Positions 47,276-57,420 of a stretch of DNA of 64,000 bases are shown here, one piece after another. The DNA lies in NCBI GenBank assembly GCA_965221165.1, contig CBDCRP010000003.1:64001-128000 (forward strand), written 5' to 3'. Position 1 is the stretch's first letter; each line of letters opens with the position of its first letter. The DNA comes from a bacterium. GTDB lineage: Bacteria > UBA8248. The position numbers and the translations under genes are program-made. The notes under the pieces are model-generated. The model saw only the letters and a list, made by a program, of their open reading frames with translations. It was not told the origin of the DNA and made no database searches.

Positions 47276-48166
47276 ATGAACGAAGTGAGGGAAACGAAAA
47301 AAGGGAAAGATGGATCTGCGATGGCGCATGTGCCCGCCGGCCCGTTCCTGATGGGTTCGGACATCGGGAACGCGGATGAGCGCCCCCAGCGCGAGGTCAC
47401 GCTCGACGCTTTCTGGATCGACAAATACTGCGTGACGAACGCGCTATACCGCGCTTTCCTGGAGGAAACCGAAGCGTTTCCCCCGCCTCCGTCATTCTCG
47501 AAAGATGATTTCGTGGGGCCGGAACAGCCGATAGTCAGCATAAGCTGGGAGGAGGCGAACGCCTACGCCCGCTGGGTGGGCAAGCGCCTGCCGACCGAGG
47601 CGGAGTGGGAGAAAGCCTCTCGCGGAACGGATGGCCGCAAGTATCCATGGGGTGAGGATGAGCCCTCCTATGAGCGAGCCGTTTACGCGAGCATTGATAT
47701 TCACCGCCCCGGAAACGTAGATGCGCACGAAGAAAGCGCCTCTCCCTACAATTGCGTACAGATGGCGGGAAACGTCTTCGAGTGGGTATCGGACTGGTTC
47801 GATGGATTCTATTACCAGACGGGTCCGTCGGAGAATCCCCGGGGGCTCGAAAAGCCGACCTTCGAGGTGGCGATGGCGCGGGTTCCCGTATTCGCCGTTC
47901 CGGGCGGGGGCACCCTGAGCATGGGTGAAGTCAAACGGGGCGAGCGCTATGAAATCTTACAGCGCGACGAGGACAGCTACAAGATTCTCTTTGGAAACAC
48001 CGAGGGCTGGCTCCCGCGCAGGGCAGGGTACGCCTGGACGGCGAAAGTCGCCCGGGGCTGCGGGTGGGATTACATAGAAGATAGCTTGCGGTGTTCGGCG
48101 AGAGAGGGTTTTGAGCCCTGGTACAAGAATTTCAACATCGGCTTTAGGTGCGCGATGGACGCGTAA
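47276..48166 (+). CDS. FGE/SUMF1 family protein with an SH3b-like insertion
   Basis: VPAGPFLMG, RLPTEAEWEKA.RG, MAGNVFEW, insertion of about 60 aa, then ARG.GW, IGFRCA. Confidence 0.85.
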   Translation: MNEVRETKKGKDGSAMAHVPAGPFLMGSDIGNADERPQREVTLDAFWIDKYCVTNALYRAFLEETEAFPPPPSFSKDDFVGPEQPIVSISWEEANAYARWVGKRLPTEAEWEKASRGTDGRKYPWGEDEPSYERAVYASIDIHRPGNVDAHEESASPYNCVQMAGNVFEWVSDWFDGFYYQTGPSENPRGLEKPTFEVAMARVPVFAVPGGGTLSMGEVKRGERYEILQRDEDSYKILFGNTEGWLPRRAGYAWTAKVARGCGWDYIEDSLRCSAREGFEPWYKNFNIGFRCAMDA

Positions 48167-48214
48167 AACCCATTTCCTTCTGAAACCGGATGAAGCGCGA
48201 CATGCCCCGGTTGA

Positions 48215-49741
48215 TCAGGCCGAAGCGCCTCTACGAGAAATTCTGAATTTGAAAATCATGGGCAGCAGCGGGATGAAGAACAGGAGGGCGGAAACCATCA
48301 TCAATGCGGCGGCTATCGGGTGGTCTGCGAAGTCGAAGAAAATTCCGGGGCTGCCGTGGCTCATGATCATGCTCTGACGGAAAGTACGCTCCGTAAGACC
48401 CCCCAGCACCAGGGCCAACACCATCGGGGCGAGGGGATAATCCAGCTTGCGGAACACGTAGCCGATCGCGCCGAAAATGAACATCAGATACACGTCGAAC
48501 ATATCCTGGGTCGGCGAGAATCCACCCACCGCGCAGACGACCAGAATTATCGGAGCCAGAATCGTCATGGGCATTCTGAGCATCCAGATGAAGAGGGGAA
48601 CGGCGAAAATCGCGACGATGACCGCCATCGTGTTCGCGATATAGAGACTCCCCGTAAGGCCCCAGACGAACTCCGCGTTTTCGACGAACAGCCGGGGGCC
48701 CGGCACGAGGCCCCACACGAACAAGGCGCCGAGCATCACCGCCGTCGTCGGGGAGCCTGGAATTCCCAGCGTCAGCATGGGAAGCATGGAGCCCGTGCTC
48801 GCCGCGTTGTTGGCGCACTCGGGCGCGGCCACTCCCTCAATGGTGCCTTTGCCGAATTCGTCCTTATTTTTTGAAAACCTCTTCGCGATGCTGTAACTCA
48901 TGAAACTCGCAGGCGTCGCGCCGGCGGCGGGAAGCATGCCGACGAAAAACCCCAAAAGAGAACCTCGCAAAATGGTGGGGGAGTATTGCGAAAGGTCCTT
49001 CAAGGTCGAGATGACCTCCTTGATGCCGAGTTTGGCCTGGTAGCGCTCTTTTGTCTTGAACCCTTCTTCCAGGGTGTAGAAAATCTCACCGACGCCATAA
49101 ATCCCAATCGCCAGGACGAGGAAATTGATGCCGTGATAAAAACCCGTAATGCCTCCGAAGATCAGGCGCGGCGAGCCGCTCACGATGTCGGTGCCGACGG
49201 TCGACATGAGCAGACCGAGCATGGTGGCGATGAGCGTCTTGAGGGGGCTTTCCCCGCCCAATCCTGCAAACGTGGCGTACGCCAGCAGCACGACGGCGAA
49301 CTCTTCGGGCGGGCCGAAACGCAAGGCGAATTCAGCCAAAGGCGGTGCGAAGAAAGTGAAGAGGACGATGGATATCGTTCCGCCTATGAAACTGGCCACT
49401 GCCGCAGTCACAAGGGCATCGGCGGCTTTCCCTTTTCTCGCTAACGGGTAGCCGTCGAAAGTAGTCGCAACAGCCGTGGACGCTCCCGGGATATTCAGGG
49501 TGATCGAACTGATGGCGCCGCCGTACATGGCCCCGTAATAGATGGCGGCCAGGAAGATAATGGCGCTGGTAGGCGGAACCGCAAATGTAATGGGCAAGAG
49601 GATGGCGACGCCGTTCACGGAGCCCAACCCGGGCATCGCGCCAATGGCGATGCCCAAAACGACGCCGAACAGCGCCATCAAAAGATTTTGAGGCGAAAGC
49701 GCAATGCCCAGACCGTAAAATAGATTTCCGAGAATCTCCAA
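48215..49741 (-). CDS. tctA: Tripartite tricarboxylate transporter permease TctA
   Basis: GAMPGLG, YYGAMYGG, NIPG, APECANNA, LGIPGS. Confidence 0.95.
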   Translation of the reverse strand: MEILGNLFYGLGIALSPQNLLMALFGVVLGIAIGAMPGLGSVNGVAILLPITFAVPPTSAIIFLAAIYYGAMYGGAISSITLNIPGASTAVATTFDGYPLARKGKAADALVTAAVASFIGGTISIVLFTFFAPPLAEFALRFGPPEEFAVVLLAYATFAGLGGESPLKTLIATMLGLLMSTVGTDIVSGSPRLIFGGITGFYHGINFLVLAIGIYGVGEIFYTLEEGFKTKERYQAKLGIKEVISTLKDLSQYSPTILRGSLLGFFVGMLPAAGATPASFMSYSIAKRFSKNKDEFGKGTIEGVAAPECANNAASTGSMLPMLTLGIPGSPTTAVMLGALFVWGLVPGPRLFVENAEFVWGLTGSLYIANTMAVIVAIFAVPLFIWMLRMPMTILAPIILVVCAVGGFSPTQDMFDVYLMFIFGAIGYVFRKLDYPLAPMVLALVLGGLTERTFRQSMIMSHGSPGIFFDFADHPIAAALMMVSALLFFIPLLPMIFKFRISRRGASA

Positions 49742-49821
49742 CTCATTCAGTCCTTAGGACAAACCTTGCCCCCGTGATGACAGCGATTCCCCAAGGGCGG
49801 GCAAAGGAAATGGTTGAATAA

Positions 49822-50313
49822 TCAATTCCAGTAAAACAAGAACTCCAGATATCCTTTTGGCAGAGGGATAATCAAAAATTTTTCGAAAATGTAATACACC
49901 ACGACAGGGACGCCTATCGCTACGGCAACACTCGTCCTGAATCTGTGATGTCCCACCACGAACAGACAATAAAAGAGGAAAAGAGCAGACGAGAAATACA
50001 CGGAAATAACGGTGATCAGTAGAATCATGATCATTCCGGGAAGGCCGACACGCATCAAATCGTGCAGACCTTCCCTGCTCATAAAAATTCCTGAACCCTC
50101 GCCAGTTGATTTATTCCGGTGGGAGAAAAACAGCGATTCCAGCAATACGAGCAACGACACGCCGGCTATCCCCAAAGAGAGCCAGAAGGGGAGGAACCCC
50201 CCTCCTGGCCCTTCTTTTGGAAGAATGCCGACAGGCAGTTCCGTAGATTTCCAGGCGACGCCAAGGCATACGAGAATCAGACCAATGGCGACAATCCTAT
50301 CCGCCCGCTGCAT
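49822..50313 (-). CDS. tctB: Tripartite tricarboxylate transporter TctB
   Basis: GPGGGFLP, IFEKFL.IPLP; lies between tctC and tctA. Confidence 0.85.
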   Translation of the reverse strand: MQRADRIVAIGLILVCLGVAWKSTELPVGILPKEGPGGGFLPFWLSLGIAGVSLLVLLESLFFSHRNKSTGEGSGIFMSREGLHDLMRVGLPGMIMILLITVISVYFSSALFLFYCLFVVGHHRFRTSVAVAIGVPVVVYYIFEKFLIIPLPKGYLEFLFYWN

Positions 50314-50330
50314 CTAAATTCTTCTCCAAG

Positions 50331-51335
50331 CTAATTCTTCAGCAAACCCATACCCATGAGCAGCTTCTTATGCTTTGCGTCCTCGGAGGCGAAGAATTTG
50401 CCCAGAGGAGCGCCACTCAGGCAAGCGCGATTCAGGGCCTTCTTTTCCGTATAGGTTTTCCATTCCCCGGAAGCGCACAACTTGGAGAATAAATCGCTAT
50501 ACCATTTCAGGGCATCCTTGGGGATGCCGCCGGGCGCGGTGATGCTGCGCTGCATGAAATACACGAGTTGCGGCTGGCCCATTTCCTTGAAAGTAGGGAC
50601 TTCCTTGAAAGCGGGAATCCGCGCCGGGGTCAGTGCGGCGATCGGCCGCATTTTGCCGGGATAGTGCGGCAGACCCTCGGATGGGTTGTTCACCGTCGAA
50701 TCGACATGCCCGCCGGCGAGATTTTTCGCCACGGTGCCGCCGCCACGGAAGGGCACGTAGGTGATCATGCCTTCTATGCCATACGCCTGCATCAGCATGT
50801 TGGTGACGAGTTGGTCTTCCTGCATCTTGCCCGTGCCGCCCATCGTCCATTTGCCCTTTTTGGCTTTCACGGCCTTCACGAAATCATCCATATTCTTGAT
50901 GCCTGACTTCGGGTTCACCCAGAGGAGAAAGGTGTCCATGGCCAGCCGGTAGACCGGCGTGAGTTTCGTGTAGTTCACCGGCAGCTTCCTCAAGGCCGGG
51001 GTGGTGAAAAAACTGTTCAACGTGACGAGAATCACGTGCGGGTTTCCTTTTTTCGAGAGCAGATAAAGCATCGCCTCGGCGCCGGACCCGCCTTTCTTGT
51101 TGATGGGCACCAGGGGCTGGGGCGACCATTTGTTCTGCGTGACGATTTTTTGCATGAGACGGGCGATGCGGTCCGCGCCGCCGCCTTTACCCGCCATGAT
51201 GATGAACTCAATCGGCCGCGACGGCTTCCATGCCGCGAGAGCCTGTGTGGTCCCCAGCGCAACCGTGATGAATAACGTCAGCGCGAGGGTGAGGAACGGA
51301 ATAGCGCATCTCGAAACTTTCGGCGATTTCATCAT
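50331..51335 (-). CDS. tctC: Tripartite tricarboxylate transporter binding protein TctC (Bug)
   Basis: Signal peptide; WKPSRPIEFII..G.GGGAD..AR, N..GGSG, VPFRGGG. Confidence 0.92.
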   Translation of the reverse strand: MMKSPKVSRCAIPFLTLALTLFITVALGTTQALAAWKPSRPIEFIIMAGKGGGADRIARLMQKIVTQNKWSPQPLVPINKKGGSGAEAMLYLLSKKGNPHVILVTLNSFFTTPALRKLPVNYTKLTPVYRLAMDTFLLWVNPKSGIKNMDDFVKAVKAKKGKWTMGGTGKMQEDQLVTNMLMQAYGIEGMITYVPFRGGGTVAKNLAGGHVDSTVNNPSEGLPHYPGKMRPIAALTPARIPAFKEVPTFKEMGQPQLVYFMQRSITAPGGIPKDALKWYSDLFSKLCASGEWKTYTEKKALNRACLSGAPLGKFFASEDAKHKKLLMGMGLLKN

Positions 51336-51594
51336 ATTCCCTCCTTTTTATGCTGCGGAATGCTGCGCCTGCTACAGCGAAAACGATCCCATCACCGGTT
51401 GATGATTGAAAAAACGATTTCACTACTCTTATCAACGGCGGAACGTTTCAAAAAGTACTCTTTCATAGCGGCTATGATTCCTTGCATTTTACCACGAAGC
51501 AACATGCTTCTCAACGACGCGATTTTCGACTATGACCCGTAAAATAGTGGTAATTGCATTATCAACTCCGTATGAAGCGGAAAAACGATTGCGT

Positions 51595-52038
51595 TTAAGT
51601 TTCTTCAATGTCTTCTCTCAATTCGAACTCCCTGACGGCGCGGCGAATATAGGGAGGCACCCGGACGGATGTTTGCGCTTCTTTCCCGATGATGACGTAG
51701 GCCGTCTGCGCCCTGGCGACGAAGCGCTCCGATTCCGCCTCGTAGATCTCATAATCCATCTTGATGCTCGAGTTCCCAATATCGTAAATGCGCGCGTAGA
51801 TTTCCAGGACTTCATCGAAATGGGCGGGTGCGAGAAACTGGACGGAGGCGTCCACGATGACGATGTCATACCCCCGCTCGAGCATGTCCTGGTACGAGAC
51901 GCCGATGGTGCGCAGGTAGTCCATCTGCGCGGTATCGACGTACAAGAGGTAGTTGGCGTTGAACACCACTCCCTGGAGGTCGGTTTCCCCGAAGCGCACG
52001 CGGATTTCACTGTTATAGTTGTATTCTTCTTTGGGCAT
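51595..52038 (-). CDS. Acyl-CoA thioesterase (YbgC/4HBT hotdog fold)
   Basis: RVRFGETDLQGVVFNANYL.Y. Confidence 0.9.
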   Translation of the reverse strand: MPKEEYNYNSEIRVRFGETDLQGVVFNANYLLYVDTAQMDYLRTIGVSYQDMLERGYDIVIVDASVQFLAPAHFDEVLEIYARIYDIGNSSIKMDYEIYEAESERFVARAQTAYVIIGKEAQTSVRVPPYIRRAVREFELREDIEET

Positions 52039-52105
52039 ATGGCGGTTTTAATGAATATGCGTGAAATTCGCAAATGCGGGCTCTCATCCTGAAGCGGCCT
52101 TCGGC

Positions 52106-52133
52106 TTGTTCCCTCACCGGCGTCGGTTATAAT
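52106..52133 (+). promoter_or_regulatory. Possible sigma70 promoter for moeA
   Basis: TTGTTC, 16 bp, TATAAT. Confidence 0.45.
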
Positions 52134-52189
52134 AGCGCATCCCGGATGGCGGGACTTTGAATCTTCACGGCTATTCCCTGGAGTGGTTG

Positions 52190-53457
52190 ATGATCAGCGT
52201 GGAAGACGCTCAGAAATCGATACTGGAGATGATTCGCCCGATGGGGCGCGAAAGGGTGGGCCTTCTCGATTGCCCGGGCAGGGTGCTGGCCGAGGACGTC
52301 CATTCCTCGCGGCCCGTTCCGCCCTGGAACAACTCGGCGATGGACGGCTACGCCCTGCGCGCGGAAGACGTGCGCGGCGCGAGCCGCGAAACGCCAAAAG
52401 CCCTGAGGGTGTCGAGGAGATTCAGGCCGGCGTGATGGCGACGCGCACTCTCGGCCCGGGAGAGGCCATCAAGATCATGACGGGCGCGCCCATTCCAGGT
52501 GGAGCGGACGCCGTCGTGCTCGTCGAGGAGACGGAGAGAATCTCCGAGGAGGAAGTTCACGTTTTCCTCGCCGTACGCGAGGGAGAGGCCATCCGCCTGG
52601 CGGGTGAGGACGTCAAGCCGGGCGAGGAGGTTCTCTCCCGCGGCGTTCGCCTGGGCGCAGCTTCCGCCGGCATGTTGGCGAACATCGGCAGGGCGAGGGT
52701 GTACGTGCATCAAAAACCAAAAGTGGCCATTCTGGCGACGGGAGAAGAACTGGTCGATCTGGGCGATACGCCTGATGTGGGGCAGATATTCAACTCCAAT
52801 TCCTACGCCCTCGCGGCTCAGGTGCTCGAGGCGGGCGGAGAACCCGTTCTACTGGGCATCGCCCGCGATAACGCGGAAGACCTCACGCGCCACATCAACG
52901 ACGGGCTGGCCGCCGATCTGCTGATAACGAGCGGCGGCGTGTCGGTGGGGGATTTCGATCTGGTGAAATCCACGCTGGGCGGGCTGGGCAACGACATGCG
53001 CTTCTGGCGGGTGCGAATGAAGCCGGGCAAGCCGATGGCATTCGGCGTATTGAGCGGAAAGCCCGTGTTCGGCCTGCCGGGGAATCCCGTTTCCACCATG
53101 GTCAGCTTCGAGCTGTTCGTGCGGCCCTCGCTGCTGAAAATGCAGGGCCATGAGAACCTGTTCCGCACGATGGTGGAAGCGCGCCTTCTCCACCCGCTCA
53201 CGAAATCACCCGAGCGTCGCCACTATGTTCGCTCCATCGTCTACCGCGACGGGGGAGAATGGGCCGTCCGGGCGATCGAAGCGCAGGGGTCGAATATCTT
53301 GCATTCCATGGTGCGGGCGAACGCTCTGGTCGTATTCCCCGAATATGAAACCGAGCTCGCCGCCGGGGGCCGCGTACAGGTCATTCTCTTGGGGGAGACG
53401 CCCTCTGAAAAACCCGAACGCTTAGAGGCGGCCTCCCTCGAAGGCGTCCACTCCTGA
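52190..53457 (+). CDS. moeA: Molybdopterin molybdotransferase MoeA, frameshift near 52410
   Basis: GRVLAED..PP..NSAMDGYA in frame 1; IMTGAP.P.GADAV, TGEEL, ITSGGVSVG, KPGKP, LPGNP in frame 2. Confidence 0.92.
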
Positions 53458-53500
53458 ATCAATTGCTTCCAGGTTATCGACTCCTTCTGGAGTGTGCCTT

Positions 53501-54122
53501 ATGAACCCCGAAAAAACGGCCAGATTGCCGTTTTCCGCCGCCATCCTGGCCGGAGGCCGAAGCCGCCGGATGGGCAGGGACAAATCCATGCTGGAGATAG
53601 ACAAGGTTCCCATCATCAGGCGCATCGCGGATACCCTGGATGAGATATTCACAGAAATTTTCGTCGTAGCGAACGAGAAAGAAGAATATGAGCGTATGGG
53701 TCTCGCCGTGGTGGGGGATATTCATCCCGGCAACGACTCGCTGGGCGGCCTCCATACGGCCGTTGCGAGCGCGGCGGGCTCGCACGTTTTCGTGGTGGGG
53801 TGCGACATGCCGCTGCTGCAACCCGCTCTCATATGCGGCATGGCCTCCCTGGTGGATGATTGGGACGTGGTTGTCCCCATCAAGGACGACTACCCCTGAG
53901 CCGCTTTGCGCGTTCTACGGAAAAAAATGCGCGCCTCATATCGAGGAATCCATTTCGAGAGGCCGCCTGAAGATGATAGGGTTTCACGAGCAAGTGCGCG
54001 TCAGGAGAGTTGAGGAGGCGACCTGGAGGGCGTGGGATCCCGAGGGGGCGTCTTTCCTGAACGCGAACACGCCCGAAGAATTCGAGAAGAATAAAAACCA
54101 TCTCTATGAGGGGAGAGCCTGA
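53501..54122 (+). CDS. mobA: Molybdenum cofactor guanylyltransferase MobA, frameshift at a C-run 53894-53897
   Basis: ILAGGRSRRMGRDK, CDMP, then EPLCAFY and NANTPEE in the next frame. Confidence 0.9.
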
Positions 54123-54581
54123 ATGAGCATTTCTGATCGAATGAATGAGCTGGGAATCGAGTTGCCCCGTGCGCCCGCACCCGTCGGGGCGTATGTTCCA
54201 TACGTCATCTCCGGGTCTTTGATGTTCATCTCGGGCCAGGTTCCAATCCGAGACGGCGCGATGATTCATGAGGGAAAAGTGCCGCTCGACGTCACCGTCG
54301 AGCAGGGGCAGGAATGCGCCGCGTTGTGTTTTCTAAACGCCGTCGCACAGGCGAAAGCCGCCCTGGGCGATCTGGAGCGCGTGGAGAGAATCGTCCGCAT
54401 GACGGGTTACGTTGCCGTTGCGGCCGATTTCACGGCTCAACCGCTCGTCGTGAACGGGGCGTCCAATCTGGCCGTCGATATTTTTGGGGAAAAAGGCAAG
54501 CACGCCAGAGTGGCGGTGGGGGTGGCGGAACTTCCCCTGGGAGCGCCCGTGGAGCTTGAGGTAATACTCGAGGTCAAGTAG
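54123..54581 (+). CDS. RidA/YjgF family protein
   Basis: LP.APAPVGAYVP, ISGQVP, NGAS, GKHAR.AVG..LP. Confidence 0.9.
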   Translation: MSISDRMNELGIELPRAPAPVGAYVPYVISGSLMFISGQVPIRDGAMIHEGKVPLDVTVEQGQECAALCFLNAVAQAKAALGDLERVERIVRMTGYVAVAADFTAQPLVVNGASNLAVDIFGEKGKHARVAVGVAELPLGAPVELEVILEVK

Positions 54582-54719
54582 ACCCTTAAGCGATGGACGC
54601 GCCGAAAATTCCGCCGAAAGGGGGAAGCATTTTATCCCCCCGCGCTTCCCAAGACCCGGCATCGCTGTATAATCTTCAAGGAAAACAAGCCGTCATTGAA
54701 ACAACAAACTGAGGGTTCC

Positions 54720-56165
54720 ATGATTCATCGCTTCATCCTGTCGATGCTCTTGATGTTGCTCATGGGTTCCGCCGCGCCTGCGTATGCGAACCCGGACATC
54801 GATTTCATGAAAAGAATCGAGAGGGCGTTCACCGCGATAGCGAAAGGCGTAAAGCCGACGGTGGTGAGCATACGGGTGGAGAGAAAAAAAAGGACAGCAC
54901 AGAAGAATCCCCAGTCGCCTCATCCGAACATGCCTCTGTTTTCGTCGGGTTCGGGCGTCATCATCGACCCGGCGGGATATATTCTGACGAACAATCACGT
55001 GATCAGTAATGCGCGAAGACTGCGCGTGCGCCTTTCGGACGAGTCCGCATACTGGGGGAAAGTCGTCGGCACGGATCGCTATACGGACCTGGCGCTCGTC
55101 AAAATCAATACAGATCATCCGCTGCCTGCGGCGACTTTAGGAGATTCCGACAAGGTGAAGGTAGGCCAGTGGTCGATAGCCGTGGGCGATCCTTTCGGTA
55201 TTACGAGAACATTCACGGTGGGCGTCGTGAGCGGCATCGGGCGCAGCGGCGTCGGCATCGCGCGCTATGAGCATTTCATCCAGACGGACGCCGCCATCAA
55301 CCGCGGCAACAGCGGCGGGCCTTTGGTGAACATCGACGGCGAGGTCATCGGCATCAACACGGCGATTCCGGCCCCCGGCAGCGGCATCGGATTCGCCATT
55401 CCCGTCAACATGGCGAAAGACGTAGTCAAATACTTAAGAAGAAGCGGGAATTTTCCGCGCGGGTATCTGGGCGTAACCATACAGCCGGTGAATCAGGATA
55501 TCGCCTATCTGCTGGGCCTCCCTGAAGCCCAAGGGCGCACTCGTGGGTTCATTGCTGAAAGACGGACCGGCCGAGGGAGCGGGCATCCAGGATGGGAGAC
55601 GTCATCGTCAGCCTCAACGGCGCGAACGTCCTGGATACCTCCCACCTGCAACGGCTCGTGGGCTGGACGCCGCCGGGAAGAGGCGGTAGCCGTGGAAGTG
55701 GTGCGCAGACGCCCGGATGAAGAAAATTCATGGTCAAACTGGCCCGTTTGCCCGAGCAGGAAGCCGACAGGTAGCCGGAAAGCGCGCGAAGAGTGAAGCC
55801 GATGAAGCCTGCGAAAAGCATAAAACTTACGGCATGGACCTCGAAGATCTGACCGATGCAGTTGCGCGAAGAAGAGCAACTTGCAAGACCGACAGCGGCG
55901 TATATATACGCAAGGGTGTGAAACAGGGCAGCAGAGCCTATCTGGACGGTTTGCGCGAGGGTATGGTGATACGCGAATTGACCTATCGCGCGCCCGGGGA
56001 CGCGAGAAAACGCCGGTACGCGTGCGTGATCAAGAAATTAGAAGACGTCGAAGCATTGCTGGAAAAAATCCCCGCGGGCGCGAACGTCCTGGGGCAGGTC
56101 GTGCGCGTGGAACGGAGCGTGGAGAGCGGACTTTCTTTACCGTGCTCCATAGATTTCGACGCTAA
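54720..56165 (+). CDS. degP: DegP/HtrA serine protease with PDZ domains; several indels after about 55515
   Basis: GSGVII..TNNHV, DLAL, QTDAAINRGNSGGPL, GIGFAIP, RGYLGV. PDZ pieces (GPAEGAGI, GDVIVSLNG) are spread across frames, so the 3' end is uncertain. Confidence 0.85.
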
Positions 56166-56203
56166 CCCTAGCGGGTACCTGGCCGCCTGAGGAGAGCACT
56201 CCC

Positions 56204-57298
56204 ATGTTCGCAGACCAGAAGCGGACTTTTTGCTCTGTTTTTCCTGATTTCCGTCGTCTTTCCGTTTGTTTGCGGGCGCAGAGCCCCGAAACCGAGATTC
56301 GCACCCTGCTGCCGAAAGACGGCATCCCCTCCATCGATGCGCCAAAATACGCGAGCGTGAAAGATGCGGACGCGTTCATGGGGCCGGATGAGATGGTAAT
56401 CGGCATCAACATCAAAGGAGACAAGCGGGCCTATTCGGTTCCCCTGCTCAGCTCCCACGAGATAGTAAACGACGTCGTGGGAGGGAGCGCCGTCTCCGTG
56501 ACGTGGTGACCGCTTTGCTATACGGCCATCGTGTATGACCGTGACCTGGACGGCAAGAAACTCAGTTTCGGCGTTTCCGGGAAACTCTGGAAAAACGTGC
56601 TCATCATGTACGACCGCCAGACGGATTCGCTCTGGAGCCATCTTACCGGCGAGGCGCTTATCGGCCCCCTGAAGGGCAAGCGTCTCAAAACGCACCCCTC
56701 CGCCATGATGCGCTATTCCGAATGGAAACAACTCTATCCCGATACCCTGGTGCTCAAGAAAGAGGGCAGGGGGATGGCGGGCATGTTCCGCGGCCCTTCC
56801 CGGGATCCGTATGAGGGCTATTACTACAGTTCACAGACGGGCGTGATCCCCGAAAAATACCGGGATAATCGCCTGCACCCGAAAACCCTGGTGGTGGGCC
56901 TTGCGCTGGATTCGATGACAGAGAAGGGGAAAGCAATGGCCAAGGTATACCCCTTCGCCGATTTGAACCGCGCAGGCGTCGTGAACGATCGCTTCGCCGG
57001 CCGGGAGATTCTGGTTACCTATTGCGAAGGTGCGGCGGCGGGAGTAGTTTTCGATCGCGTTTTAGGCGGGAAAACGCTGGAGTTCGAGTTGATAACGGAT
57101 AGTGGCGCAAAAGGCGCCGCCGCCTGCCGGTTCATGAAAGACAAGAAAACGGGTTCGCGCTGGCAGCGCCTGACCGGCCTCGCCGTGGAAGGGCCGATGA
57201 AAGGCGCCAGATTGCGCCAGATTTCCAGTACGCTCGCGTTCTGGTTCGGCTGGAAGGATTACTATCCCCAAAGCCGTATCTATCGGCACGCGAACTAA
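56204..57298 (+). CDS. DUF3179 family protein, predicted selenoprotein (UGA at 56507-56509, motif U-P-L-C)
   Basis: DGIPSID.P, RAY, HEIVND, VTW-TGA-PLC.T, then in frame FGVSGKL, MYDRQT.SLW, FWFGW. Confidence 0.9.
56522..56542 (+). promoter_or_regulatory. Candidate bacterial SECIS hairpin of the DUF3179 selenoprotein
   Basis: ACGG-C-CAT[CGTGT]ATG-A-CCGT; loop begins at +21 after the TGA. Confidence 0.65.
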
Positions 57299-57420
57299 TC
57301 GGATGGACTGAATACGTTTAAGCCGAAATAAAGCCGCATCATTCATTTACGCAGCGCGAATCCACCCTTTTCGCAAAGGCAGTTCCGCGCGCATCGCCAA
57401 TCTGGTGAGGAACCGAACAT

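Noticed and set aside
53891-53915. TGA followed by GCCGCTTTGC in mobA, resembling the DUF3179 Sec context
   Set aside because: The downstream protein is in another frame (EPLCAFY). One extra C explains it, and there is no +21 CGTGY loop.
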